A stretch of DNA of 53,080 bases. Source: an uncultured Enterobacteriaceae bacterium (lineage in GTDB: Bacteria > Desulfobacterota > Binatia > Bin18). The stretch spans positions 1 through 53,080 of the forward strand of contig CAZCWX010000671.1 in assembly GCA_964502465.1 (NCBI GenBank), read 5' to 3'. This document shows, piece by piece, positions 7,568 to 17,186 of this stretch. The notes below the pieces were generated by a model. It was not told where the DNA came from and searched no databases. It saw nothing but the letters and a program-made list of their open reading frames with translations. The translations under genes and the position numbers were made by a program. The stretch's first letter is position 1. Each line of letters starts with the position of its first letter.

Positions 7568-7750
7568 ATGCGTACTGAACTCGTAACCACTTTGAAGCGG
7601 AAGGCGACAGAGATCATCGCAGAAGTAGACCGCCAGAGAGTCCCGGTGCTGATTACCCAGCATGGACGCCCTGCCGCCTATCTCGTGGATGTGGAAACGT
7701 ATGAGAGACTCTACCAACGACTAGCCCTACTCGGCGGAGTAAATCGATGG
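7568..7750 (+). pseudogene. Phd/YefM-family antitoxin, C-terminally truncated and lacking a toxin
   Basis: MRTELVTTLKRKATEIIAEVDRQRVPVLITQHGRPAAYLVDVETYERLYQRLALL is a typical Phd/YefM N-terminal domain. The frame then runs without similarity into the next gene, which is read in another frame. Confidence 0.55.
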
Positions 7751-8076
7751 CGGCCAAAGCGATTCCCCCGGATGTTCGCCGTCAGGTGGACGAGATTGTC
7801 GAACGCTTCAACCATGAGACTTTTCGTGGGACAGACATTCGGTATGTGCCGCGTTACAAAGGCTTGTATCTCTATTTCGACCGATACGCTTGGGGACGGG
7901 GTGGTCCCATTTGCCGCTTGAGATACACGGGTAAGATGGACAGATGGGAGTTTGCGATCTTCAAATACAGCTCCGAGCGCTATGACCCCGACGAATGGAT
8001 GTTTCCTGGCTCAGAGCATCTCGATGGGACGATCGAAGGTGCCCTGCGGACGGGGTTGGAGGCGTATCCGCCCTAA
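7747..8076 (+). CDS. conserved hypothetical protein (possibly DUF3024-like)
   Basis: 109-aa ORF with the pattern YLYFDRY...ICRLRYTG..DRWEFAIFKYSSERYDP. The family assignment is from memory only. Confidence 0.55.
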   Translation: MAAKAIPPDVRRQVDEIVERFNHETFRGTDIRYVPRYKGLYLYFDRYAWGRGGPICRLRYTGKMDRWEFAIFKYSSERYDPDEWMFPGSEHLDGTIEGALRTGLEAYPP

Positions 8077-8186
8077 TAAGATTGGTGCACTTCCTCATCG
8101 GGTACTTCGTACTGGCGCGGCGTGAGGCTTCCGAGTATTTATCTATATACGCAGTACTGCATAGTTCCTCTTGCGATGGCGCGACT

Positions 8187-8684
8187 ATGGAGACGGCCGC
8201 GAACAGGCACAGTGTTGAACTCAAGCTGGCGCGACTGAGAGACGCCGAACGCATCGCGCTGATGTCCCGCGATCTCGTCGAGAATGGCTTGCCCTGGTCG
8301 TGGACTGCACCCCGGGTCGCAGCCCATATTCGCGGGCGTGATAGTAATGTGTTGACGGCATGGGCAGATGACCACCTCGTTGGTTTTGCCGTTATGCAGT
8401 TTCTCGCTGAACACGCCCACCTGAATTTGCTGGCGGTTGAACCAGCCTATCGCCGCGCAGGGATTGGCTGTCAACTCATAGCGTGGTTGGAGGAGACCGC
8501 ACGTGTAGGAGGTATTTTCTTTATCCATTTAGAAGTGCGAGCCGAGAATGGAGGGGCCCGCGCGTTTTACTGTCGGTTGGGATATCAAGAAACTCGATAT
8601 GTTCCTGGCTATTATAGTGGCCGAGAAGCGGCCATCAGTATGACTCACGACTTGCGGTGCTGGTGTCCTTCAGATGCTACCTAA
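8187..8684 (+). CDS. GNAT family N-acetyltransferase (RimI-like)
   Basis: Acetyl-CoA-binding motif LLAVEPAYRRAGIGCQLI followed by ARAFYCRLGY. The ATG at 8187 was chosen inside the longer ORF 7995..8684. Confidence 0.8.
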   Translation: METAANRHSVELKLARLRDAERIALMSRDLVENGLPWSWTAPRVAAHIRGRDSNVLTAWADDHLVGFAVMQFLAEHAHLNLLAVEPAYRRAGIGCQLIAWLEETARVGGIFFIHLEVRAENGGARAFYCRLGYQETRYVPGYYSGREAAISMTHDLRCWCPSDAT

Positions 8685-8821
8685 GAATCCTTTCAAAGAT
8701 GAAGCGTGACTCGCACGCGCCTCTCGTTTCGGTCTTTTCAGCTATTCTCTGTAGCTGTTGAAGCGCGCTCCGAAGGGAACGCTACTGACGCACTCGGTCC
8801 TGTTTGCTACCTTCATGAGCC

Positions 8822-9673
8822 GTGAAACGGTTGATCATTACAGGAGACGATTTTGGTCTGGCGGTGCCGGTCAACGAGGCCATTGAGATTGCTCATCGTT
8901 CGGGGGTCCTTTCTACCACAAGCCTGATGGTGGGAGCCGGTGCGGCGACCGATGCGATCGAACGAGCGCGACGGTTACCGACTTTGAAAGTGGGGTTGCA
9001 TCTCGTCCTGGTCAATGGCCACCCTCTGCTGCCTGCGCACCTCATTCCCGGCCTGGTCGATCAGCACGGCGAGTTCCATGAGAATTTGCTGGCTGCTGGG
9101 TTCCGTTTCTTTTTCCGACCCGAGGTGCGCCGACAACTCGAGGCAGAGATTCACGCGCAGTTTGCTGCCTTTCATGATACAGGTTTGCCCCTTGATCATG
9201 TGAACAGCCATAATCATATGCATTTGCACCCGACCATTTTGAGTTTGATCCTCAAGGTTGGGCGATCCTTTAGACTGAGCGCTATACGTCTCCCCTATGA
9301 ACCTCCTGTGCCATCCTGGCGCGCCTCACGCAAAGGCCTGATCGGGAAGGTGGCGAGTGCGCTGGGCTTGGCACCATGGACGTGGCTGTTGAAAGCGCGA
9401 CTGCGGAGCGCTGGGATCAAAGCAAACGATTTTATTTTTGGTTTGCACGACACTGGGGCAATGAACGAAGCGACTGTGCTGCGCCTCCTGGCAGAATTGC
9501 CTGAGGGGGTCACGGAAATGTATTTTCATCCGGCAACACGGCGTTGCCGCGAAATTGACCGCAGCATGGCAGACTACTGTCACGAGCAGGAATTGGCGGC
9601 GCTCACCAGTGCGAAAGTCCGCGCTGCTCTGGAAAACATGTACCTGCAGCCGGTGGGTTTTCGAGATTTGTGA
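8822..9673 (+). CDS. hpnK: YdjC-family carbohydrate deacetylase, HpnK-like (hopanoid biosynthesis-associated)
   Basis: N-terminus (M)KRLIITGDDFGLAVPVNEAIEIAHRSGVLSTTSLMV and the motif VGLHLVL. GTG start. Confidence 0.75.
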   Translation: MKRLIITGDDFGLAVPVNEAIEIAHRSGVLSTTSLMVGAGAATDAIERARRLPTLKVGLHLVLVNGHPLLPAHLIPGLVDQHGEFHENLLAAGFRFFFRPEVRRQLEAEIHAQFAAFHDTGLPLDHVNSHNHMHLHPTILSLILKVGRSFRLSAIRLPYEPPVPSWRASRKGLIGKVASALGLAPWTWLLKARLRSAGIKANDFIFGLHDTGAMNEATVLRLLAELPEGVTEMYFHPATRRCREIDRSMADYCHEQELAALTSAKVRAALENMYLQPVGFRDL

Positions 9674-9687
9674 AGAAACCAGCTTCG

Positions 9688-11964
9688 CTACGCGGAAACT
9701 GGCCCCTCTTGCTCTTGCGTGGCTTGAGGAGCGGACCGTGGGGTGGGCTGAGCAAGGACATTGGCAATGGGCCGAACCTCCAACCACCATTGCTCCTTCG
9801 GGCGATGATGCTCAAGATCCGCAAGTCGGGGAAGATCTGCTAAACTGTGGAATTGTACCTGCCCGCCTTGCAATCCAATAAATACTGCAGCAGAAGAGGC
9901 TTTGCTGGCCTCTGTGACGAGGAATTCTATACTGGTCTCCGCTAGACGAGTCGCGAGGATCCGGTCAAACGGAGTCGGATTCCCTCCCTGCTGTAGGTGT
10001 CCTAAAATTGCCTGTCGGACATCGAACAGCCCTGTGCCTTCCTCGGCGAAGAGGGTGCTGAGAAAACTGGTGGTGTAGCGGGGGTGGGCATGTTCACTGC
10101 GGATCATCAGGCTTAAGCGTTTGCCGTATTGGAACCCGAGGCGCAAGGCAGCCAAATCGGTCTGCAAGTCACTTAACGAAATCCCTTCTTCGGGCAGATA
10201 CACTCGCTCTGCTCCGCTCGCGAGCCCGCTCATTTGTGCCAGATAGCCGCAGTGATTCCCCATCACTTCGACGACAAAGCAGCGACGTGAGGCAACAGCA
10301 GATTGTTTAATTTTATCGACTGCTTCAACAATGCTGTTCAGAGCCGTGTCAGCGCCGATGCTCAATTCAGAGCCAGGCAGGTCATTGTCGATGGTGGCAG
10401 GCGTGCAAATCATAGGAATGTTGAAGGCAGGGAAATTTCCCCGTGCCCGGAAAATCTGGTAGAGGGCCTCGTACCCAGACCAGCCACCAATCATTAACAG
10501 TCCCTGGATTTGGTGGGCTTCCAGTACTCGGGCGATGGTGTAAAAATCCCTCCCGCTGGGGATCTTGCGATTGGTGCCCAGTTCTGCACCACCGACAGGG
10601 GCCCAGCCGTTAACGCTCATCCAATTCAATTCTTCGACGTCATCTGCAATTAGCCCCTGGAAGCCGTTGCGAGCCCCGAACATGATATGGCCTTGATCGA
10701 TACCGAGACGGACAGCGGCACGCACCGCAGTGTTCATGCCTGGTGCTGGTGCCCCGGAATGTAACACCGCGAGTCGTCTCCGCTGTTGTCCAGGTGTCGG
10801 CTCGTGTGGCAAGGCTCGCACAAGAGTGCGCAACGCACGGAAGGCTGCCTGGTAGTTGCTGCCGCGCAAAGACATGGCGGTGGCAAAGTCGCGGTTATCA
10901 ATAGCCGACGTGACTGCCCGACTTTGCTCGACACAGTGCTGTAAGGGTAAGCGCGTGATCCGATTGCCACGCATACCGATCAGAATAGGCGGATCGCCTG
11001 GAGGGGCTGCAAGGAGCGCATCTACCGCAGCGTACCCGAGAATCGTGCTCAGGTTGCGATCAAACGCGCTGGGGGATCCCCCGCGTTGAATGTGCCCAAG
11101 AATGGTGACGCGGACGTCTTCTCCGAGTCGATCTTTGAGCAGCTTTCTCAGTGATTCACTGGTGATGCGATTTCCCTGGCGGTCCCGTGCGCCCTCTGCC
11201 ACAATGACAATACTATCCCGCCGACCGGCTGCTCGCCCGGTGCGCAGGACCTCACACATACGCTCCTCCCAATGATCTCCCTGCGGAGGGCTTGAAGGGA
11301 TCAACGCCCAGTCTGCACCACTGGCAAGGGCACCCATGAGCGCGAGATAGCCACAATGGCGTCCCATGACTTCAACGACAAAGGTGCGCTGGTGACTGGC
11401 TGCCGTACTGCTGAGGGCATCGACGGCTTGCGTGATGCGGTGCAAGGCAGTATCAGCGCCAATCGTCATATCGGTGCCGAACATGTCGTTGTCAATGGAC
11501 CCAGGCAGGCCGGCGACATAAATGTGTGGGTGTCTTGCCGCGAGTTCCTGGTTAATCTGTCCCTGCTTGAGCAGTTCCGCCACCAGTTCAGGCCATTCTT
11601 GATGGAAGAGAGCTGCTCCGGTGAGGCTCCCGTCTCCACCAATCACGACAAGTAAATCAATCCCATGCGCCAGCAGATTTGCCGCGGCTTGCGCCCGTCC
11701 ATCGCGGGTGCGGAAGGCCTCGCATCTGGCGGTCCCGATCATTGTGCCGCCGCGCTGTAAAATTCCGCCTACCGCGTCCCAATTCATCTGACGGATCCGG
11801 AGTCCGCCTTCGACCATGCCCCGGTAACCCTCGTAGATGGCGTATACTTCAACCCCACGATCCAACGCGGTTCGCACCACCGCACGAACCGCGGCGTTCA
11901 TGCCGGGCGCGTCGCCGCCACTGGTGAGAACCGCAAGACGTTTAGGGTGGTCTTTCTGCATCAT
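9688..11964 (-). CDS. pfk: 6-phosphofructokinase, fused tandem-domain (eukaryote-like) form, 758 aa
   Basis: The N-terminal half has GGDAPGMNAA, GSIDND and MGRHCGYLA. The C-terminal half repeats the fold with SGAPAPGMNTA, ATIDND and MGNHCGYLA. Confidence 0.9.
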   Translation of the reverse strand: MMQKDHPKRLAVLTSGGDAPGMNAAVRAVVRTALDRGVEVYAIYEGYRGMVEGGLRIRQMNWDAVGGILQRGGTMIGTARCEAFRTRDGRAQAAANLLAHGIDLLVVIGGDGSLTGAALFHQEWPELVAELLKQGQINQELAARHPHIYVAGLPGSIDNDMFGTDMTIGADTALHRITQAVDALSSTAASHQRTFVVEVMGRHCGYLALMGALASGADWALIPSSPPQGDHWEERMCEVLRTGRAAGRRDSIVIVAEGARDRQGNRITSESLRKLLKDRLGEDVRVTILGHIQRGGSPSAFDRNLSTILGYAAVDALLAAPPGDPPILIGMRGNRITRLPLQHCVEQSRAVTSAIDNRDFATAMSLRGSNYQAAFRALRTLVRALPHEPTPGQQRRRLAVLHSGAPAPGMNTAVRAAVRLGIDQGHIMFGARNGFQGLIADDVEELNWMSVNGWAPVGGAELGTNRKIPSGRDFYTIARVLEAHQIQGLLMIGGWSGYEALYQIFRARGNFPAFNIPMICTPATIDNDLPGSELSIGADTALNSIVEAVDKIKQSAVASRRCFVVEVMGNHCGYLAQMSGLASGAERVYLPEEGISLSDLQTDLAALRLGFQYGKRLSLMIRSEHAHPRYTTSFLSTLFAEEGTGLFDVRQAILGHLQQGGNPTPFDRILATRLAETSIEFLVTEASKASSAAVFIGLQGGQVQFHSLADLPRLADLEHHRPKEQWWLEVRPIANVLAQPTPRSAPQATQEQEGPVSA

Positions 11965-12107
11965 GTTACTATGATAGTAGCAAAATCACGGCCATATCCA
12001 GAGTAGCAGGTGAAGCGTGCTGGGTCGCTATGACTTCCCTTCCCTTGCGCTATTTGCTTGTGGTACAGAGGAAGCCAACACTATTCCGCACTCAAGAGGA
12101 GACCAGG

Positions 12108-13259
12108 ATGGATTTTGCGCTCACGACTGAACAAGAAGCCTTTCGTGCTCGGATTCAAGACTTTCTTGCGAGAGAGGTCTCTGCTGAGACGGCGTTGGAG
12201 GACGGCTGGATTACCGGATTTTCGCCGGAGTTTTCACGCAAGCTTGGTGCGCAGGGCTGGATTGGGTTGACGTGGCCCAGGCAATACGGTGGTCAAGAGA
12301 AAAGCTATCTTGATCGCGTGATCTTGACGGAAGAATTGTTACGGGCGGGTGCACCAGTCGCGGCCCATTGGCTGGCTGACCGCCAGATCGGCCCGGCCTT
12401 GTTGGCATACGGTAGCGAAGAACAGAAAAAAGAAATTTTACCGCGTATCACAAAAGGAGAACTGGTTTTCTGTTTAGGTATGAGCGAACCTGGCTCAGGC
12501 TCTGACCTGGCATCTCTGCGGACCAAAGCGGTGGAGGAAGGGGATTATTTTGTGATCACTGGCCAGAAAATCTGGACCAGTTTTGCGCACGTCGCAGACT
12601 ATGTGTACCTGGTGGCCCGTACCGATCCCAATGCCCCGAAACACAAAGGTATCAGTGAATTTCTGATTGATATGCAACTGGCAGGGGTGACCGTGCGGCC
12701 GTTGGTGGATCTGACAGGGGAGCATCACTTTAATGAGGTCTTCTTTGATAACGTGAGAGTGCCGAAGCGCTGGCTGATCGGCGAAAAGAACCGGGGCTGG
12801 TATCAAATTGCTTCCCAACTCGATTATGAACGGAGTGGAATCGAACGGTTACTGAGTAATTATCCGCTGTTCCGCGAGGCTGTACGGTACGCGCAAGAGA
12901 AGGGCCTGACCGAAGATCCATTGGTGCGCAACCAACTCGCCCAGATGCATATCGAACTCGAGATGGGCCGATTCATGGTGTACAAAGTGGCCTGGATGCT
13001 CACCCAAGGCGGGGTGCCGAATTATGAAGCCGCTATGGCCAAGTGCTATTGCACGGAAATCGAGCAGCGCATTGCGCAAACAGTAAGCAGCTTGCTGGGA
13101 GATTACGCGATGCTCATGCCCGGCTCTCCTCAGGCTCGCTTGGCTGGTCGAGCGGCGCGCGAGTATCTCTATGCCCCAGCCTATACGATTCAGGGAGGGA
13201 CGAGTAACGTACTCCGCAACATCATGGCCATTCGTGGGTTAGGGTTACAGGCAGGGTAG
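12108..13259 (+). CDS. acyl-CoA dehydrogenase family protein
   Basis: ATG 12108 follows AGAGGA. Motifs MSEPGSGSD and a C-terminal QGGTSNVLRNIMA. Confidence 0.9.
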   Translation: MDFALTTEQEAFRARIQDFLAREVSAETALEDGWITGFSPEFSRKLGAQGWIGLTWPRQYGGQEKSYLDRVILTEELLRAGAPVAAHWLADRQIGPALLAYGSEEQKKEILPRITKGELVFCLGMSEPGSGSDLASLRTKAVEEGDYFVITGQKIWTSFAHVADYVYLVARTDPNAPKHKGISEFLIDMQLAGVTVRPLVDLTGEHHFNEVFFDNVRVPKRWLIGEKNRGWYQIASQLDYERSGIERLLSNYPLFREAVRYAQEKGLTEDPLVRNQLAQMHIELEMGRFMVYKVAWMLTQGGVPNYEAAMAKCYCTEIEQRIAQTVSSLLGDYAMLMPGSPQARLAGRAAREYLYAPAYTIQGGTSNVLRNIMAIRGLGLQAG

Positions 13260-13306
13260 GTGTTGAACCGTTAGCGGTTGGTCCTTCACAAAGGAAGAGA
13301 AACTGT

Positions 13307-14059
13307 ATGCTCCTGTCACACAAGGTCGCGTTAATTACTGGTTCGGCTCGCGGGACGGGAGCCGGGATTGCCCGAGTGTTTGCCCGCGAGGGTGCCTCCG
13401 TGGTGATTAACCAGGTGAAAGACGAGGGAAACCCTCAACAAGTCCTTAAAGATATCGAGGCGATTGGTGGGAAAGCACTGTTTGTGCGAGCTGACATTAC
13501 GAACGAAGTGCAAGTACAGACAATGGTGCGGCAGGTTGAGAAGGCGTTTGGCACAATCGATATTTTGGTCAGCAACTATGCCGCCGGAATTCCGCGCAAA
13601 AGTTTTCACGAGACTTCTTGGGCTGAATGGCAGGAACAGCTCGATACGACTTTAAAGGCTGCATTTTTATGCACCCAGGCGGTCCTGCCTGGCATGAAAG
13701 CCCGCCATTGGGGCCGCATCATCAGTATCAATACCATCGGTATTCACCAACCGGCTCCGCATTACCATGGCTACACGGCTGCGAAGACAGCGATGCTGGG
13801 ATTCACGCGTAATCTGGCCGTAGAAGTTGGGCAGCACAATATCACGGTCAATATTGTTTCCCCGGGGCTGACTTTGACTGAAGAAGTGAAAGCAACACTG
13901 ACACCAGAAACGCAGGAGAAACATGAAAAACAGGTTCCGCTGCGGCGGACTGGGACAGTCGAGGACACCGCTCATGCGGTGCTGTTCTTTGCGTCAGCAC
14001 TGGGCAGTTTCGTGACTGGTGTGTATCTGCCGGTTTGCGGTGGACAAGTGATGGAGTAG
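13307..14059 (+). CDS. SDR family oxidoreductase (FabG-like)
   Basis: TGSARGTGAG glycine-rich motif, YTAAK catalytic motif, 250 aa. Confidence 0.9.
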   Translation: MLLSHKVALITGSARGTGAGIARVFAREGASVVINQVKDEGNPQQVLKDIEAIGGKALFVRADITNEVQVQTMVRQVEKAFGTIDILVSNYAAGIPRKSFHETSWAEWQEQLDTTLKAAFLCTQAVLPGMKARHWGRIISINTIGIHQPAPHYHGYTAAKTAMLGFTRNLAVEVGQHNITVNIVSPGLTLTEEVKATLTPETQEKHEKQVPLRRTGTVEDTAHAVLFFASALGSFVTGVYLPVCGGQVME

Positions 14060-14120
14060 GAAAAATTTTGCATTTTTATGTTTCTGATAATTTTTGTCCT
14101 GTCAAATTTTAGGAGGCACT

Positions 14121-15134
14121 ATGCAGCGCTGCGCAATCGCACTGTTCACCCCAACACTGAGAGATATGATCGATATCGCCAAGCTGGCCGACGAAGCAGG
14201 GTTCGACTCGGTATGGAACGGTGAGTTTTTTAATCGCAACGGCTTGGTCACTCTTGCGGCGGTAGCGCTCAACACCAAAAAGGTAAAAATCGCTACGGGA
14301 ATTGCCTATGCGTATATGCGGAATCCGGTGCTGAATGCGAATGGCGCAATGGACCTCGATGAATTGTCCGGTGGACGGATGATTTTAGGGCTTGGCAGTG
14401 GCACGAAGTCAATGAATGAAGGATGGTACGGGCAGGCATTTGAACCCCGCTCGGCGGCAAAGATGAAAGAGTGTGTGGCGCTCATCCGCCAGATCTGGGC
14501 AGCTCACAAAGGCGTGGGTGTGCGTTTTGATGGAGAATTCTATCGGATCAATATTCCCGCCTTTGTCCGTCCTCATGCTGTACGTGAACGGATTCCTGTT
14601 TATCTAGCGGCGGTGCAGAAAGGCATGCTGCGGACGACAGGAGAGATTGCCGACGGCTTGGTAGGCCATCCCCTGTATAGCCGTAAGTATATCAATGAAT
14701 TCATCAAGCCCAACTTGGAGATTGGAGCTCAACGGGCAGGGCGGAGCTTCACAGATATCGCTATCACCACCTTGCTCATTACCGCAATCAGTCATGATCG
14801 TGCTCAGGCCATCCAAGAGGCAAAGAACCAGATCGCTTTTTACGCCTCAGTCAAGTCATATGAAGGTATTCTCAATATGCACGGTTGGGAGCAGCAGAAG
14901 TTGACAATCTGGGAACACTTCAGGACGTTTAACCTGCCCAAGATGGCGGAGGCTGTAACCGACGACATGGTTGAACAGATTGCTATTGCCGGGACACCTG
15001 CGGAATGCCGGGAGCAACTCAAGAAGTGGGAAGGATGTGTCGATCTTCCCATTCTTTACACTCCCACTGCGGGAGTAAAGGCTGGGCGAGTCGTCGAAAA
15101 CCATCGCTTGATTGTTGAGACGTTTGGGCAGTAG
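14121..15134 (+). CDS. LLM-class (luciferase-like) flavin/F420-dependent oxidoreductase
   Basis: ATG 14121 follows AGGAGG. Luciferase-like pattern (GFDSVW, ILGLGSG). Confidence 0.8.
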   Translation: MQRCAIALFTPTLRDMIDIAKLADEAGFDSVWNGEFFNRNGLVTLAAVALNTKKVKIATGIAYAYMRNPVLNANGAMDLDELSGGRMILGLGSGTKSMNEGWYGQAFEPRSAAKMKECVALIRQIWAAHKGVGVRFDGEFYRINIPAFVRPHAVRERIPVYLAAVQKGMLRTTGEIADGLVGHPLYSRKYINEFIKPNLEIGAQRAGRSFTDIAITTLLITAISHDRAQAIQEAKNQIAFYASVKSYEGILNMHGWEQQKLTIWEHFRTFNLPKMAEAVTDDMVEQIAIAGTPAECREQLKKWEGCVDLPILYTPTAGVKAGRVVENHRLIVETFGQ

Positions 15135-15165
15135 GGCCGACGCGCAATGCAGCGCATAGTCTTAC

Positions 15166-15219
15166 CCACGACATATCCCCGCACTCAACTTAGGCGAGCC
15201 GATGTCGTGGTCGCTTTTT
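15166..15219 (+). terminator. possible intrinsic terminator after the LLM gene
   Basis: CCACGACAT (15166-15174) pairs with ATGTCGTGG (15202-15210), followed by TCGCTTTTT. The loop is long (27 nt), so this is a weak call. Confidence 0.3.
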
Positions 15220-15233
15220 ACCTGCAAATTTCA

Positions 15234-16004
15234 CTACAGAATTAGCAGAAACTCGACGAGGTCCTGAATGTCAGCATCTGTCAGTTGCTCGCTCGTCCCT
15301 GCTTTCAGAACGTAATCCCACATAAAGCGGACTGATGGCTCAAGGGTTGGATAACGTCCGTCGTGAAAATACGGAGCAGTCTGAGAAACCGCCCGCAATG
15401 AAGGGATCTTAAAAGAACCGCCAGAGCCCACATCTTCTACCCCCTGTTTGTCATAAGTGGGCGCAAGGTGACAGGTCTGACAGCCGGCTTTGCCGATGAA
15501 GAGTTGATAGCCGCGCTTGGCTGCTGCTGAAGCTGCATCTGATGGGGTGCCATCAGCTTTCAGAAAAGGATTCGGCGGGTAGGAGAGCGAAGTGACATAG
15601 GCAACTAGCGCGTCGAGTATTTCTTGTGAAGGTTCAGGCCCTTTCATGCGGTTGACGATAATTCCCTTAATGTTTGCTGCAAGGCTGGGGGCAGTGCCTG
15701 CCCAAGAAAAGGTCTGGCGTGTTCCTGCTCCCCATAGCGTTGGAGTGCTCCGGCCTTGAGGATCACCATCGGCGACGACTTCTACACCGACGTACGTCTT
15801 GTTATCGGTGTGACCAAAGCTGGGATGGCAGGAAGCGCAGGACCATTTTCCATCTCCAGAAAGGGCGGTATCGTTGAACAATGCATACCCCCTGGCAAGC
15901 GGAGAATCCCGCGAGGATTGAGGAGAAGTTGCGTGGGCACTACTCGGGAATGCCAAGACCATTGTGCATAACCCAACAACTACGCTGCAATGAACAAACC
16001 GCAT
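15234..16004 (-). CDS. secreted di-haem cytochrome c (cytochrome c peroxidase/MauG family-like)
   Basis: Two CxxCH motifs (CASCH, CQTCH) and a signal peptide. ATG 16004 follows AAGGAGGA. Confidence 0.8.
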   Translation of the reverse strand: MRFVHCSVVVGLCTMVLAFPSSAHATSPQSSRDSPLARGYALFNDTALSGDGKWSCASCHPSFGHTDNKTYVGVEVVADGDPQGRSTPTLWGAGTRQTFSWAGTAPSLAANIKGIIVNRMKGPEPSQEILDALVAYVTSLSYPPNPFLKADGTPSDAASAAAKRGYQLFIGKAGCQTCHLAPTYDKQGVEDVGSGGSFKIPSLRAVSQTAPYFHDGRYPTLEPSVRFMWDYVLKAGTSEQLTDADIQDLVEFLLIL

Positions 16005-16106
16005 TGATCCTCCTTTTGGGTGTTCCAGTTTTTCGGCGGTCATTGTAAAGACTCCGGTTGATCCGACAAGCCCTCAACCTGTGATCCATTGCTTACTGGC
16101 GCTGCT

Positions 16107-17060
16107 TTAACTTTTTTGTGCTCGTATCCGTTCGAGGTCGAGCTCGCTCTTAATGCCAAGAGTATGCAACGCATCATTCGCTTCTTCCAGTGAAGTGCTG
16201 GTCGCAACCGCTTGTGCCGGCCGAGATAGCGTGTGGAAGACAACTGGTGTAGATAAGTAGAAGGTAAGGGTGGTTAATGGAGTCAGCTTCACCTGTCTTT
16301 CGTCATAACGAATGCTTCCTTGCCCCCACGCTCCTTTTGCGCATTGCAACGGGATAGCGCTCGCCTCAGTTGGCACCTTCTCAATCACGTCTTCGAGTTC
16401 ATTCACTATGTGTGGGGTCAATGCCCAGGCTCCCAGGAAGCCTCCGGCCCGAGCGACCTTCGCCAAAGCATATTCGATTTCGTCAACGGTTAATTCACCA
16501 TCACTGCCGTAGCCAAACACTCCCCATAAGGTTTGGCGCCCACGCTTATCGAGTTCGGTGAACGCAGCCAGCATCATCGCGTCAGCGAGAGGACTGCGCA
16601 AGCCAGTTTCTCCTCCTTGCGCCAAGGAATCCCCACCGACGTCGATACCAACGAGCAGATCCACGCCCAGAGCTGCAATCGCCGCTTCTATGCCAGCAAT
16701 CGCACCGACTACGCCGGCGGTGATATCAATATGGAGCACTTCCCACCCATACAAAGCCGCCATTTCGGTTTCAGTAAAACGTATGCCGCTGTGAGTATGC
16801 GTGCGGGCATTGACCATCCAGGCGTGGGGGTGAAGGATGCGCGTCTGTTCGATTTCAAGTAGACTACGCGGACCAGGGAGCGGATCATATATAAATCGCT
16901 CCCAGGGCAATCCACCAAGGTGAAAGCGTAACCCACAGAACTCGAGAAATCTGGCGGTAGCGAGCGCGCCCACAACATCACCGCCACCTCCGACTCCAAT
17001 CACTAGAGCATGGGAGCTTCCACGAATGATGGTTTCAAGCGATCCGGTCTGCGGATTCAT
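16107..17060 (-). CDS. DUF1152-like protein
   Basis: 317 aa with an N-terminal LVIGVGGGGDVVGA motif. The family assignment is from memory. Confidence 0.6.
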   Translation of the reverse strand: MNPQTGSLETIIRGSSHALVIGVGGGGDVVGALATARFLEFCGLRFHLGGLPWERFIYDPLPGPRSLLEIEQTRILHPHAWMVNARTHTHSGIRFTETEMAALYGWEVLHIDITAGVVGAIAGIEAAIAALGVDLLVGIDVGGDSLAQGGETGLRSPLADAMMLAAFTELDKRGRQTLWGVFGYGSDGELTVDEIEYALAKVARAGGFLGAWALTPHIVNELEDVIEKVPTEASAIPLQCAKGAWGQGSIRYDERQVKLTPLTTLTFYLSTPVVFHTLSRPAQAVATSTSLEEANDALHTLGIKSELDLERIRAQKS

Positions 17061-17186
17061 GAAAAACCCGTTTCTCGTGAAACAGTTGAAAGTAACAAAT
17101 GAGGTTCACAAAATGAGAATTTGCTTGCAATGAAAGAGTAGAAATTTTTCTTTATCCTCACTTATCACACTTTTTTTAGAGAATCG

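Noticed and set aside
7247-7717. 156-aa minus-strand ORF opposite the Phd remnant
   Set aside because: It has no RBS and no recognisable motif, is Arg/Ala-rich as expected for an antisense or noncoding frame, and overlaps the antitoxin fragment.
1-8700. Chromosomal integron cassette array
   Set aside because: Small accessory genes and repeats are present, but gene orientations are mixed. There is no intI, and no attC-like R''/R' core sites flank the ORFs.
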